From contig CAUYUJ010000159.1 of the NCBI GenBank assembly GCA_963575745.1, positions 1-64,000 of the forward strand: DNA of 64,000 bases, in the 5' to 3' direction. The translations under genes were made by a program, and so were the position numbers. The notes beneath the pieces are model-generated. The model saw nothing but the letters and a program-made list of their open reading frames with translations. It was not told the origin of the DNA and did no database searches. This document shows, piece by piece, positions 1 through 9,645 of the stretch. The DNA comes from Prorocentrum cordatum (taxonomy: Eukaryota). Positions within the stretch are counted from its first letter, which is position 1. Each line of letters begins with the position of its first letter.

Positions 1-3000
1 TACAACGGTCGATGATGTGAAAAACAATATGTTCCAGTTTATAAAAGAAGAGATCACATTCGACTTCTTCGTTGAAACGTCCTGGCAGTGACACGGAAGG
101 CATCACCGTGTTGCCTGGTTTATCCCAGGCTCGACATTCTCTACACGAGTCACAAATGCCTTTGATCAAACTCAAACGGGTTTCACCCAGACCAACCTTG
201 GTTAGAATCATCCGCATTTTTGGCTCCTTGGCATGAAACCATCTCAGGTGGAGTTTGCGGAGTTCTCGCTGCACTACAGCTGGGTCGAAGCTGCGCAGGT
301 TTTGGAGGCTGAGCTGAACGCCGAAGCGAGTCCAATCAGGGAGCCTTGGCCTTGGCCGTGGCTCTGCTTGAGGCTGCGGCGGTGGTGGAGGATCTCCTCC
401 CTCCATGCGTCCGCGCCTTGCTGCAACTTGTGGCAGTCTACGGTGATCGTCAGAGCTGCCAGCGCCACTGTTGCCACCAATAGCCCCGTCGGCTCTGGTG
501 ATGTCATGGCTGCTGGCGCCTGCGGTTGGATCGCCCTCACCAGGCCGTGGCGGCCTAGGCGCACGTATGCGCGCTCTCGCGGCCGGCGCCGCTTTTGCGG
601 CTGGCGCCGCTTCTGCGGCTGGAGCCGCTTCCGCGGCTGGCGCCGCAGGAGCGGCTTGTCCCGCCGGACGCGGCTGGCCAAAGTTATCCGGCAGTTTCCA
701 TTTTTCGGCAAATCTGCATTGGCCAGATATCTTGGTGTGGTGAGGATTGCTCTTCTGATATTCCTTCTTACAGCTTGGACAGTCCCAGTAATACGGTTCA
801 ACATCATACCACCGACACATCTTCGGGTCCCTACTGTGCTTTGGTGATTGCTTGTAGTTGTTGTCCACACAGCCAGGGCACCCAAGACCGCCAGGTGGTG
901 GTCGACAGATTTCTCCGTTTGGGTGTCTCCGAATTGTTGGGTCGTCCAAGTCGTAGCCAGCACTGTTTGTTACGAACGCATAGCTGCGTTCACGATTCGC
1001 GAATGGATCGCGACCGTAAGCAAACAGGTCTTTGGCGATTTGCACCGCATCAACGATCAATGACTGCATTCTGTAGGTATACTGTGCCGCCCTTGCTAGT
1101 TCTTTATTACAAGCATTGGCGTGCACATGATTACCTGGACAACGCTTGCCTCTGAAAGGTGCCAACAACTCTTCTTTGTTTGCCATCATCTGTGTTGGCT
1201 TGCGGATGTATTGTCCAAATGAATCTTTGAGACCAGTCGTGCACTGATCAATGATTGTTTGGCAAGTGACCTTGCGTTGTGCCAGTTCTTTCCATGGCTG
1301 GATCTCATCCACCCACGTGCCCATTGGTTGTTCCCTGAGGAAGAAACGTCTTAGGTCGTCTTGTAGTAGAGCGACTGTTCCACAGAACGTGATATGAGGC
1401 AGGTCCTCTTTGTGGTGTTTAAGCCACGTATCATGATTGACTTGTGCGTTGAAGTAAGAAGGGAGTCCAGTAGTTCTGCAGCTTGGCTGCAGAATCGTGA
1501 TCTTGACAAAGCAAGTCTTGAGGTAGTGGAGGACTGCTCTCTGTACTTCCGAGTTTCCAAGGTCAACCATAGATATCTTGTCAAGGTTCCCGCCTGACGA
1601 GAGTCCCCTCTTGAAGGCTAATATGGATATACCACCCTTGCCCCCACATACTTCAAGCATGTCCACTTGATTGTTTCTGCCGTAGCATAATGACTGGACC
1701 ATCGAGAAGACATCAGCATGTGAGTCAGCGGGTTGCCCCGCCGGTAACATCATGAAAATGTCCTCTGATTCGCTGTCCGAGTCCGAGTCGTCAAGAGGAA
1801 CGTCGTTGAAATATGTGGAGCAGTCAAGCCCTTTGAGGTCCTCTCCACAGTCGTCGTTACCGTCTTCCACTTTCTTCGGAACTTTCTTCGGTTTGATGCC
1901 GGCTTCTTTGTCAGCTTTCTGCTTTTCTTTCTGTTTTATCCTGGCATCAGTGGGCAACGCGGTTTCCGCGGAGAGATCCGCTGCGGAGGAATCCGCTGTA
2001 AAGTCAGGAAATGGCGGAATTTCAGGAAGGTTGTTGGTGGGTCGCGTTTGGCAACGCTCAATCGAAGGGGGAGGAGATCGATCGTCATCGACGATCGTCA
2101 CACGCTTTGGGCGTGGCCTTCGCGACTCACCATTGCCATGAAGAACTGGAGCCGGAGGCTCCCAGTATAGCCGAGTACTGATGTTTGTAACCCCATCAGG
2201 TAATGGAGCTACATAATTGTACCCAGTTGGCTGATCCTGGATCCTAATGTCTTGAACGATCTTGTTCGTGTCCAGGTCGGTCGTGACCCTACGAACCACA
2301 TGGTCCCATTGAGGGCCCTTCTGTGGACATTGAACGTAGTGTCTGACCTTTTTGTCAACGCGTGTACACACACTGAGGTGTACCGCACTCCGCTCATTCC
2401 TGAACATGTTGGCTTTATCGAGTTGATCAAGGAAGCGTGCAATAATAATAGCCAAAGTTTTATACCGAAACTCGGCACGTTGCTGATCTTGGCCATACCA
2501 ATCCAAATCATGCTCCTTGTGTGATCCACAAGTACATTTCCATAAGTGTATCGGTATATGAGGACAAGATGTAGCAACTTGTATATAAGAACCACTGGGA
2601 TATTTACTGGATCGGTCAAACTTAATGCCGAAATGACAGAGTCTGATTCGTATAACGCTTAGCTTCAAATCTTCAATAACATCTTTGATCGGACCCTGTT
2701 TCCAGAAATACCCGGGTGGCCCCAGGATAACTATCTGCATTCTCAGAGCACGCGCTTTGATCAGGAGATTTTGTATACGTTGATAATGTGGTCCCGCCCT
2801 CTTTCCTGGAGTACGAACGTACCAATCAGAGGTTGTGGCCACCCACAACATATTGTAGTCTCCTGCCAACAAATTTCCCAAATACTGTGTTCCAGTTGAA
2901 GTCATTACCTCATTATGGGTAATCCGGTCGCATATATATCCACGGGTTCGGAGTTCAGCGCAAGCTGTACGAATATCTTCGATGACGAGGCATTTTGAAT

Positions 3001-3106
3001 GGTATTTTTCTTCTCGGGCCTCAGCGCGGCCAACGTATGTCGCGAGGAGGCCGGTATTCGGCTTCTCTTCGCAAGCGAGCGCCGCCGGCGCGCCCGCCTG
3101 CCCCCG
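1..3106 (-). CDS. pol continuation (not in ORF track, open to window edge): degenerate DNMT-like domain, C5 DNA methyltransferase-like domain (~1050-1670), two CxxC-H-C fingers (~710-883), integrase N-terminus (1-265)
   Basis: Manual translation, in frame after the TGA at 3107. DNMT: MLEVCGGKGGIS / LQPSC / REQP / DQC..G....RKPT / CPGNHVH / AAQY. Integrase: LHLRWFH...CREC...FNEEVECDLFFY...FHIIDRC. Confidence 0.85.
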
Positions 3107-4377
3107 TCAGAGGGGCATGCTGTTAGCGGATGACTCCGCAGGCGTCACTGGTGCGGCTGCGCTCACGATCTCCACGCGGGTTGGCCCCGCAAGGTCCGTC
3201 GAACCTCCGCCCGTGCAGCTTGGTGGTGGTGGCGGTGTCGCGGGTGGCCCCGCTTGGTTCACAGGCGACCAATTATTCACCGCCTCCTGGACTGCCCAGA
3301 AAATCTTAGACTTCAGGGCATCCTTCATGTGTGGCCAGGTCCCTTCAGGACACTGTTGGCCTTTCCACCAGCTGTCGAGCGTCCTGTCTACGATCGCACG
3401 GGTCGTGTCCTTCAGGAGCTGCTTGTCGAGATATGGCTCGACAATGAACGTATCAGTCGTAACGGTCATAGACTGTCCCATCGCGGGTTGCCCCGCTGTT
3501 ACCCCAGCGGGTGACCCCGCACCTACACCGGCGGGTGGCCCCGCATTGACGGAGTCCTCGTCGTTCTCCGTCTCGGTGTAGACGTCATGACTACTGCGGA
3601 TTGTGAAGGTGTTGGTGACCGTCTGGCTTTTAGCCCCGTCATACAATCCGCAGGGAATGGCTAGGTGTCCTGAGGGGGTCTTCTTTGCCCTCAGGACCTT
3701 GGCGCCCTTCCCCAGCTTAAGAGTATACTCCCCGCTGGGGAAGATAACCTTCTGGAAGCCTGGCTTTAGCACGATAATTGTGTCACGTGCTTCCATGGCA
3801 CTCAGGCCCCAGATGGCTGGGAGGTTTGCACCTGAGCCCTCTGCGATGTTGGAAGCATACTCCTCGATGCGGGGGCTTGCCTCATTGGCGTATTGCACCC
3901 CTATCTTGAAGTTGCCCATTTTCCGACAGATCGCAGCACCCTCACCTACACCATTGATGTAGAGGGTTTTGCTCAGTGTGCATATGGCCGGTCTGTGATT
4001 GTACCTGGCCATAACCTCCTGAAAGGTTCGTGCTGTATTAGCTCCGATGATGTTCACGTTGGAGCCAATGTCTAGCATGAACGATATGCAGGGCATTCCG
4101 TCTTCGTCGGGGAAGAATGTCCCTGTCCGCGCCGCCAGAGCCATCGTACCATGGCCATCAGGATGGTGCGTAATCTGTGAACCGAGCGTGCCTTTCAGTA
4201 GGCGTTGTTCCAGCACCCACTGGCTCATTGTTAGCTCGGTGCACCATATTTGCTCATATTGGCGGCGCTCCTCCACGGTGATAGGTTCCTGTTCAAGGAC
4301 CCAGTAATTCGCGGAGAGTGTGGAGGTCCACTCACCTCCTGGCGGAAGCGTATCCGTGATGTCACGTGTGTAAAGAT
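3107..4377 (-). CDS. Retropepsin-like aspartic protease segment
   Basis: FMLDIGSNVNIIG (~4061-4078), flap-like INGVGEG, and LPAIWGL. Confidence 0.75.
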
Positions 4378-7300
4378 GAATAAAAAAAAAATAACAAAAA
4401 TAAGAACAAACAAAATGTAAGAAAATAAAAAAAAAATAAAAAAATAAAAAAAAAAAAAAAAAACAAAAAAAAAAAAAAAAAATACAAAACATAAAAAAAA
4501 ATAAAAGAAAAAAACAATAAATAAAACAATAAAAATATAAGATAAAAAAAAAAACAAAATAAAAAAGTAAAAAAAGCATGCCCTTCCGTGTTGATCATGA
4601 AGGTATTGTGGAATTGTGCTGCTTCAGCGCTTTCCGCACTGGCCCGGCTCCTAGCACTCACCGGGCTCTCTGCACGTGAGGTTCTGGATACACCTCCGCT
4701 CCTGCCGCTCCGCCTGATATTGGCCTCCATTGCTCTCAGGAATCCTGGATTCGGAGGCCCCGTTGCGGGTGACCCCGCTTTGGCGGCGGGAGCCGCTTCG
4801 GCGGGTGGCCCCGCTGCTGGGGGCCCCTGTGCTCGAAGCGTAGGCAGGATTGGCATCTGGATGCCTTGCTCTGGCGCTGGCCATGGGTGGGTCTGTGCAG
4901 CTGGGGCACGTGCGGATGGCTCCGCCGAGGCGGCTCGAGCCTCTAGTGCCTCCACTGCTTCCCGCAGCCGGCGCAGTTCCCGAGCATCCACCACATACCT
5001 TTCCTGCTGGCGCGCCTGTTCTGACTCAGCGTCGCGCTGTCCAGCATACGGAAAGTGTGCTGCGATTATGCCCGGCCCACGACATACAGCGCAAGGTGCC
5101 TCGTTTGGCGTACCTGGCCGCTGATTGCGGACGTGCTGCTGTGCAACACGATCCCAGCATATATCGTGGAAGAAATGTCCACATGCCAGTCTCCACACCG
5201 TGGTGCCCATCTCGTAGGGGTCCATACAGATCGGGCACTGTGTGAAATTGTAATCTGAAATGACTGGCGGGGGCACGTCGGGGCGAGTCCGAGCCTGACG
5301 CTCGAAAGTAGTTTCGCCCTCCCGATATGGCGTCGGTGGTGGCAGTCTGTCTATCTGTTCAGCGGGTGGCCCCGCACCTGCGGGTGTCCCCGCTTGGTTC
5401 TCACGCTCGATCCTTCTCTGGATAGCGCGCTGTTGGCGCAGCCTAGCGTTGTCCCGAACCTGCTGCCTAGATGCCAGTATCGCTTGCTGCGTGTTGTGCA
5501 CGTCGCGAATGTAGTCTGGCATGCTGCCCAGAGCGGCTGGCACCGCGAGACCAGCTGGCTGAACTACGGTCTCGGGGTCCGTCGGCGTGGGCATATAGGC
5601 GTAGTGCGGCAAAGACTGCGCATCGACTGCTCGTGTAAACTGCAAACGATACATCTCATTGGCCAGATTTCGAGTGTATTCGTTCGCAGGTGGCCCCGCA
5701 ATCATAGGAGTGTTATTTACTTGCGCGTAGTACTCCGGGTACATCGGCGCATCCATGGCCGGTGCCTCTGCTGGTCCATGATTGTCCCATCCATATATTG
5801 GGTGTGATGCTATTCCTGGAATAAACACCTGCCGATATGGATTCGTGGGATCAGCATTCGGAGCATCATCAGAAGTCCAGCTCCACAGAGGCCGAAAGTC
5901 GCCATGATTCGTAACATCTATGTTGCGGTTCCGCAACAGGCTGGGCACTCTATCAGCTTGTTGATGTAAAAAGGTAGCTTGTGCCCTCAAAGTGGCCGCC
6001 CTCCGTTCATAGTCTGCGCCCTGCTGACTGTCAGCGGGTGGCCCCGCGTGTGCGGATGACTCCGCAGGCGTTCGCTCGGCGGGTGACCCCGCAGCCACTC
6101 CTCCTTCACTACCCCTCGGAGTGCCGAAGGGAGTGGTCGCCCGGAGTGCCGCTGCGAGCGTCGGATTCCCGCGAATCGCCTGGAGTCGTTGCCACAAACT
6201 GTTTTCGCTCGTTTCGGGCGGCGGAGTCCGATACGGCGAGCCACCATCTGATCCGCTCATGGGGACAAACCTCGCGCCTCCAGCTTGCTGCGGAGGGCGT
6301 TGTGGTTGTGTCCCTAGGATGCCGGGTGGCCCCGCAGGAGGGCGCAGGTTCCTCTGCTGTGCATCTTGGATACCTGCGTGAACCGCCCACGGGTCAGCTC
6401 TATATAGCTGATCAGTCAGCCCAGAGACGTCAGCTGATGTCAAATGGCTGTTGAGAGCGTGGACCCAAGACTGCTGGTCCTGCCGCCACGGGGATGCTAC
6501 CGTCGCCACCGGTGTGACTACTTGTTGCCACGACCCGTCCGAGGTGTCTACTGCGGGTGTCCCCGCACCTGCGGGTGGCCCCGCACCTGCGGGTGGCCCC
6601 GCTTCAGGCATGGCCTCGTCCTCCTGGGCATTCATCATGAGGACTGTCTGTGTCTCAAACGGTCGTGGAGCAATATCTTGCTCGGTCATGACCAAGTTGA
6701 ATGGACGACCGTCCGTCTTAGTCCAGCCCTTGAGGTACATAGCATGATCTTCCATTACACCTACAGTTTTATCACACATTTTGAGTGGCAGGTAGTCATC
6801 AGTGCGAATCCTGTCCGCGGGTTGGCCCCGCTTCCGCGTCTTGTCATAGAACAGCGGATTGCTCCAGGCTTCGCCGACCCGATACTTCGCAATGCTCACG
6901 ATCTGCATGATGTGATCGGGCGGTATACGTCCGTCGTGGCCCCTTGTCATGACTATGTCATTTGCTGATCTCCATAGAGAGAAGCCACTGGACAGCATCT
7001 TGTTGATGCTGCAGAATATGAGCACCTCCGAGTCAGGACGGATGCCCGATTGAATCCTCGGGTCGCCCGGGAGGTAGGGGCAGCCATGCACAAATTGGCG
7101 CCCCCCCTTCCTCTTCGGGTTGTCCTGTGCGAGGCATGACAGGCCATTAGCAAGAATGTCCTTGACATACTCCCACTGCGCCCCGTGGATGAAATATACT
7201 GGGTCGTCTGGTTCTTTCATCCATGTTGTGATCGGCTTGAACAACGACTCGGGACAGTGGACGCCTGGACTGCTGTGGCCATTCGTAGCTCTGATGAAGT

Positions 7301-8336
7301 ACTGTGGCCTGCGGTTCGTTGGTTGAAACCTTTTCGGCAGCAGCAGGCTATCATCAACGCGCTTCATCTGGAGCCTGCCCTTCTGCATGCCGTGATGGTC
7401 AATTATCTCACAGCAGTTTAGCAGCACCCAGTACACGAATGACGAGTGGGGCCTGCCCTTGATCAGCACTTCGTGCATGTCACGATAGTGTTTATACTGA
7501 TCATTTTCCTGCCAGTTTGCCAGCAGATCGTCAATGACAACCCAGCCGTCGTACGGATCGAAAGTGCTGACCTTCTCGAAGTATCGGTTGTGTTTGTCCT
7601 TATAATATGGACTGTGGCGTAGAGCCGTCGAAAACCAGATCGATATCTTGGTCATCTGCTCCTTACTCGGCAGGGTCGGATCAGCGCCGTTCTGTTGCAT
7701 GACCTTCAGGAGCGATTCATTATGCTGCGCAACACGTAGTGGCGGCCTGTCTCGCAGCATGTTTCCCACCTTCTGTTGTTCGCGCTCCCAGTCGTTGTGA
7801 CACTTGAAATTACGACGAACCGGACAATTAATGACTTCATATCGGTCCGTGTCGTCTGGAGTGACTCGTGGGTTGATGGGCTGCCTCGGGCCTCTGTCTA
7901 CAATGCCTTGCCAATACAACTTGCATTCCAAAGGAATGACCCTCAGAACAGACATTATTGGCTGCCCGCTTGCGGGTGACCCCGCTAATGCAGCCGGCGG
8001 CGCCTTGACGGGTGGCCCCGCTAATGCAGCTGGCGCCGCTTTAATGGGTGGCCCTGCAGAACCTGCGGCTGACGAGGCAGCTCCTGCAGATGACTCCGCG
8101 CCAGGGTTCTGGCGACCTTTGTCAGCAGCTGCATCATCAGTCAGTTTCTGTTGGTCGCCAAACTCTTTGAGGACTCTGAAGCGTTCTTCTCTGGAGAGAG
8201 TGCCTTCCGCGGGTGTCCCCGCAGTTACGGCTGGCGCCGCTTTAGCGGGTGGCCCCGCAGGAAAACAATAAGAATGCGGAAAAAAAGATAGAACTACAAA
8301 AAAAAAAATTAAAAAAAAATAAAAAAAGAAAATCAA
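4362..8336 (-). CDS. Polyprotein segment with Tpt1/KptA-like RNA 2'-phosphotransferase (~6900-7650) and RING-H2 finger (~5080-5237)
   Basis: Tpt1 motifs in order: STALRH, DGWV, KGRLQ, IRATNGHS, IHGA...GL, GRQFVH, SGIR, SANDIVMTRGHDGRIPP. RING-H2: CPIC...CGHFFHDICW...CAVC. Both ORF ends fall in A-rich patches. Confidence 0.85.
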   Translation of the reverse strand: MIFFFYFFLIFFFVVLSFFPHSYCFPAGPPAKAAPAVTAGTPAEGTLSREERFRVLKEFGDQQKLTDDAAADKGRQNPGAESSAGAASSAAGSAGPPIKAAPAALAGPPVKAPPAALAGSPASGQPIMSVLRVIPLECKLYWQGIVDRGPRQPINPRVTPDDTDRYEVINCPVRRNFKCHNDWEREQQKVGNMLRDRPPLRVAQHNESLLKVMQQNGADPTLPSKEQMTKISIWFSTALRHSPYYKDKHNRYFEKVSTFDPYDGWVVIDDLLANWQENDQYKHYRDMHEVLIKGRPHSSFVYWVLLNCCEIIDHHGMQKGRLQMKRVDDSLLLPKRFQPTNRRPQYFIRATNGHSSPGVHCPESLFKPITTWMKEPDDPVYFIHGAQWEYVKDILANGLSCLAQDNPKRKGGRQFVHGCPYLPGDPRIQSGIRPDSEVLIFCSINKMLSSGFSLWRSANDIVMTRGHDGRIPPDHIMQIVSIAKYRVGEAWSNPLFYDKTRKRGQPADRIRTDDYLPLKMCDKTVGVMEDHAMYLKGWTKTDGRPFNLVMTEQDIAPRPFETQTVLMMNAQEDEAMPEAGPPAGAGPPAGAGTPAVDTSDGSWQQVVTPVATVASPWRQDQQSWVHALNSHLTSADVSGLTDQLYRADPWAVHAGIQDAQQRNLRPPAGPPGILGTQPQRPPQQAGGARFVPMSGSDGGSPYRTPPPETSENSLWQRLQAIRGNPTLAAALRATTPFGTPRGSEGGVAAGSPAERTPAESSAHAGPPADSQQGADYERRAATLRAQATFLHQQADRVPSLLRNRNIDVTNHGDFRPLWSWTSDDAPNADPTNPYRQVFIPGIASHPIYGWDNHGPAEAPAMDAPMYPEYYAQVNNTPMIAGPPANEYTRNLANEMYRLQFTRAVDAQSLPHYAYMPTPTDPETVVQPAGLAVPAALGSMPDYIRDVHNTQQAILASRQQVRDNARLRQQRAIQRRIERENQAGTPAGAGPPAEQIDRLPPPTPYREGETTFERQARTRPDVPPPVISDYNFTQCPICMDPYEMGTTVWRLACGHFFHDICWDRVAQQHVRNQRPGTPNEAPCAVCRGPGIIAAHFPYAGQRDAESEQARQQERYVVDARELRRLREAVEALEARAASAEPSARAPAAQTHPWPAPEQGIQMPILPTLRAQGPPAAGPPAEAAPAAKAGSPATGPPNPGFLRAMEANIRRSGRSGGVSRTSRAESPVSARSRASAESAEAAQFHNTFMINTEGHAFFTFLFCFFFYLIFLLFYLLFFSFIFFYVLYFFFFFLFFFFFFIFLFFFYFLTFCLFLFLLFFFYSSLHT

Positions 8337-9645
8337 CTAAAACAGAGCCCTTGTCCTCCTTAGCCTTCGCCCGCTTCTGCCCCCGCTCCGACCTCACCCA
8401 GCTTCGGCTTCGGCTGTCGCTTTCATATCCAGTGCCGAACCTGGTCGAGGTGCAAGGCTGGTGTGCAGTGTTGAGTCCATCACCTCGGAACGCTGCCCTT
8501 AGCTTGTCGCGAGCGTCGTCCTTGGACATCGCCCTTGTGGTCTACTGGAGCATCGATCGATGGCTCCACAAAGACCTCTTCCCTCTCCTGTCAGCATAGA
8601 CCAGGAGGATCTGCCACTCAGGGTCGTCCATCTTGGCATCGCTCTGACCTTCGGCCCGTACCCCCTGGCGTGTCTTCGGGGCTCTTTTTGGACGAAACAA
8701 CAAGAAATAAAAAAAAAAATAAATAAGCAAAAACAAAAAAGGAGCCTTTTTGCAGGAGTCGGTGACGACGAGGAGTCGGCTCTAGGTCTTGGAGGTGGTC
8801 TGCTGCTCTTGCCTGGTCGTGGACCAGGAGGGTCTCTTGGAGGGCCTTCTGGCTGGCCATGGTCATGGATGACCTGCCTCATCTGGTCGATGTCGGCAAA
8901 CACCGCGCGAATGGCCACTTTATTTTTTTTTTTTTTTGTTGGGTTTTGGGGGCCATTCTCATGGCCGGTAAGACACCCTTCGTGGATGAGCCACTTCTGC
9001 GGCCGAAGAGCTGAAAAAAAAAAAAAAGTAACCAGCAAAAAAAACAGAGCAAAAAAATAAAACAAAGCAAAAAAGCAAACAAGGGCAAAAGCAAAAAAAA
9101 AGGCAAAAAAAAAACAAAGCTCTTCCGTCAGGGAATGGATTCTCTGAACCGTCTTCCGCCGCCCACTCTTCTTTTAGCTCAGTGCGGTCAGTGCCGGCGG
9201 CGGACCCGGCAGCAGAGGCAACGTCTATCCACTCGTCCGCAGATCCAGCGGCTGGTGCTGCTTCTGCGGGTGACCCCGCTTCCTTGCTGGATTCTGCGGG
9301 TGACCCCGCTTCCTTACTGGATTCTGCGGGTGACCCCGCTTCCTTACTGGATTCTGCGGGTGACCCCGCTTCCTTATGGAATCGGCGGTTCCATTCCTTG
9401 AGGCGGTGGTCATTGGGAAGCTCTGCCCAATTTTCCTTGACGGTGTTGGCCACCTCTTCGGTCATAGGGACGGACGCGATCGGCCTCTGTGATGCGCTTT
9501 CCTCCTCCAGGAACCTCTTTGTTCGGATCATGGACGTTACCCGCGTCGTCTCCATGAGACCAATTCCACGGGGTTTCTCCATGGTGAGGGCTCCTGGAGG
9601 GGCGGTCCATCGGACACCTGCGCATGTGGCCTTTGAAGGGCTCAC
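8242..9645 (-). pseudogene. Disrupted low-complexity linker of element A polyprotein
   Basis: Frame changes near 9450, in-frame TAG at 8542-8544, A/T-rich patches, and a 30-nt tandem repeat (KEAGSPAESS) at 9260-9375. Confidence 0.55.
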
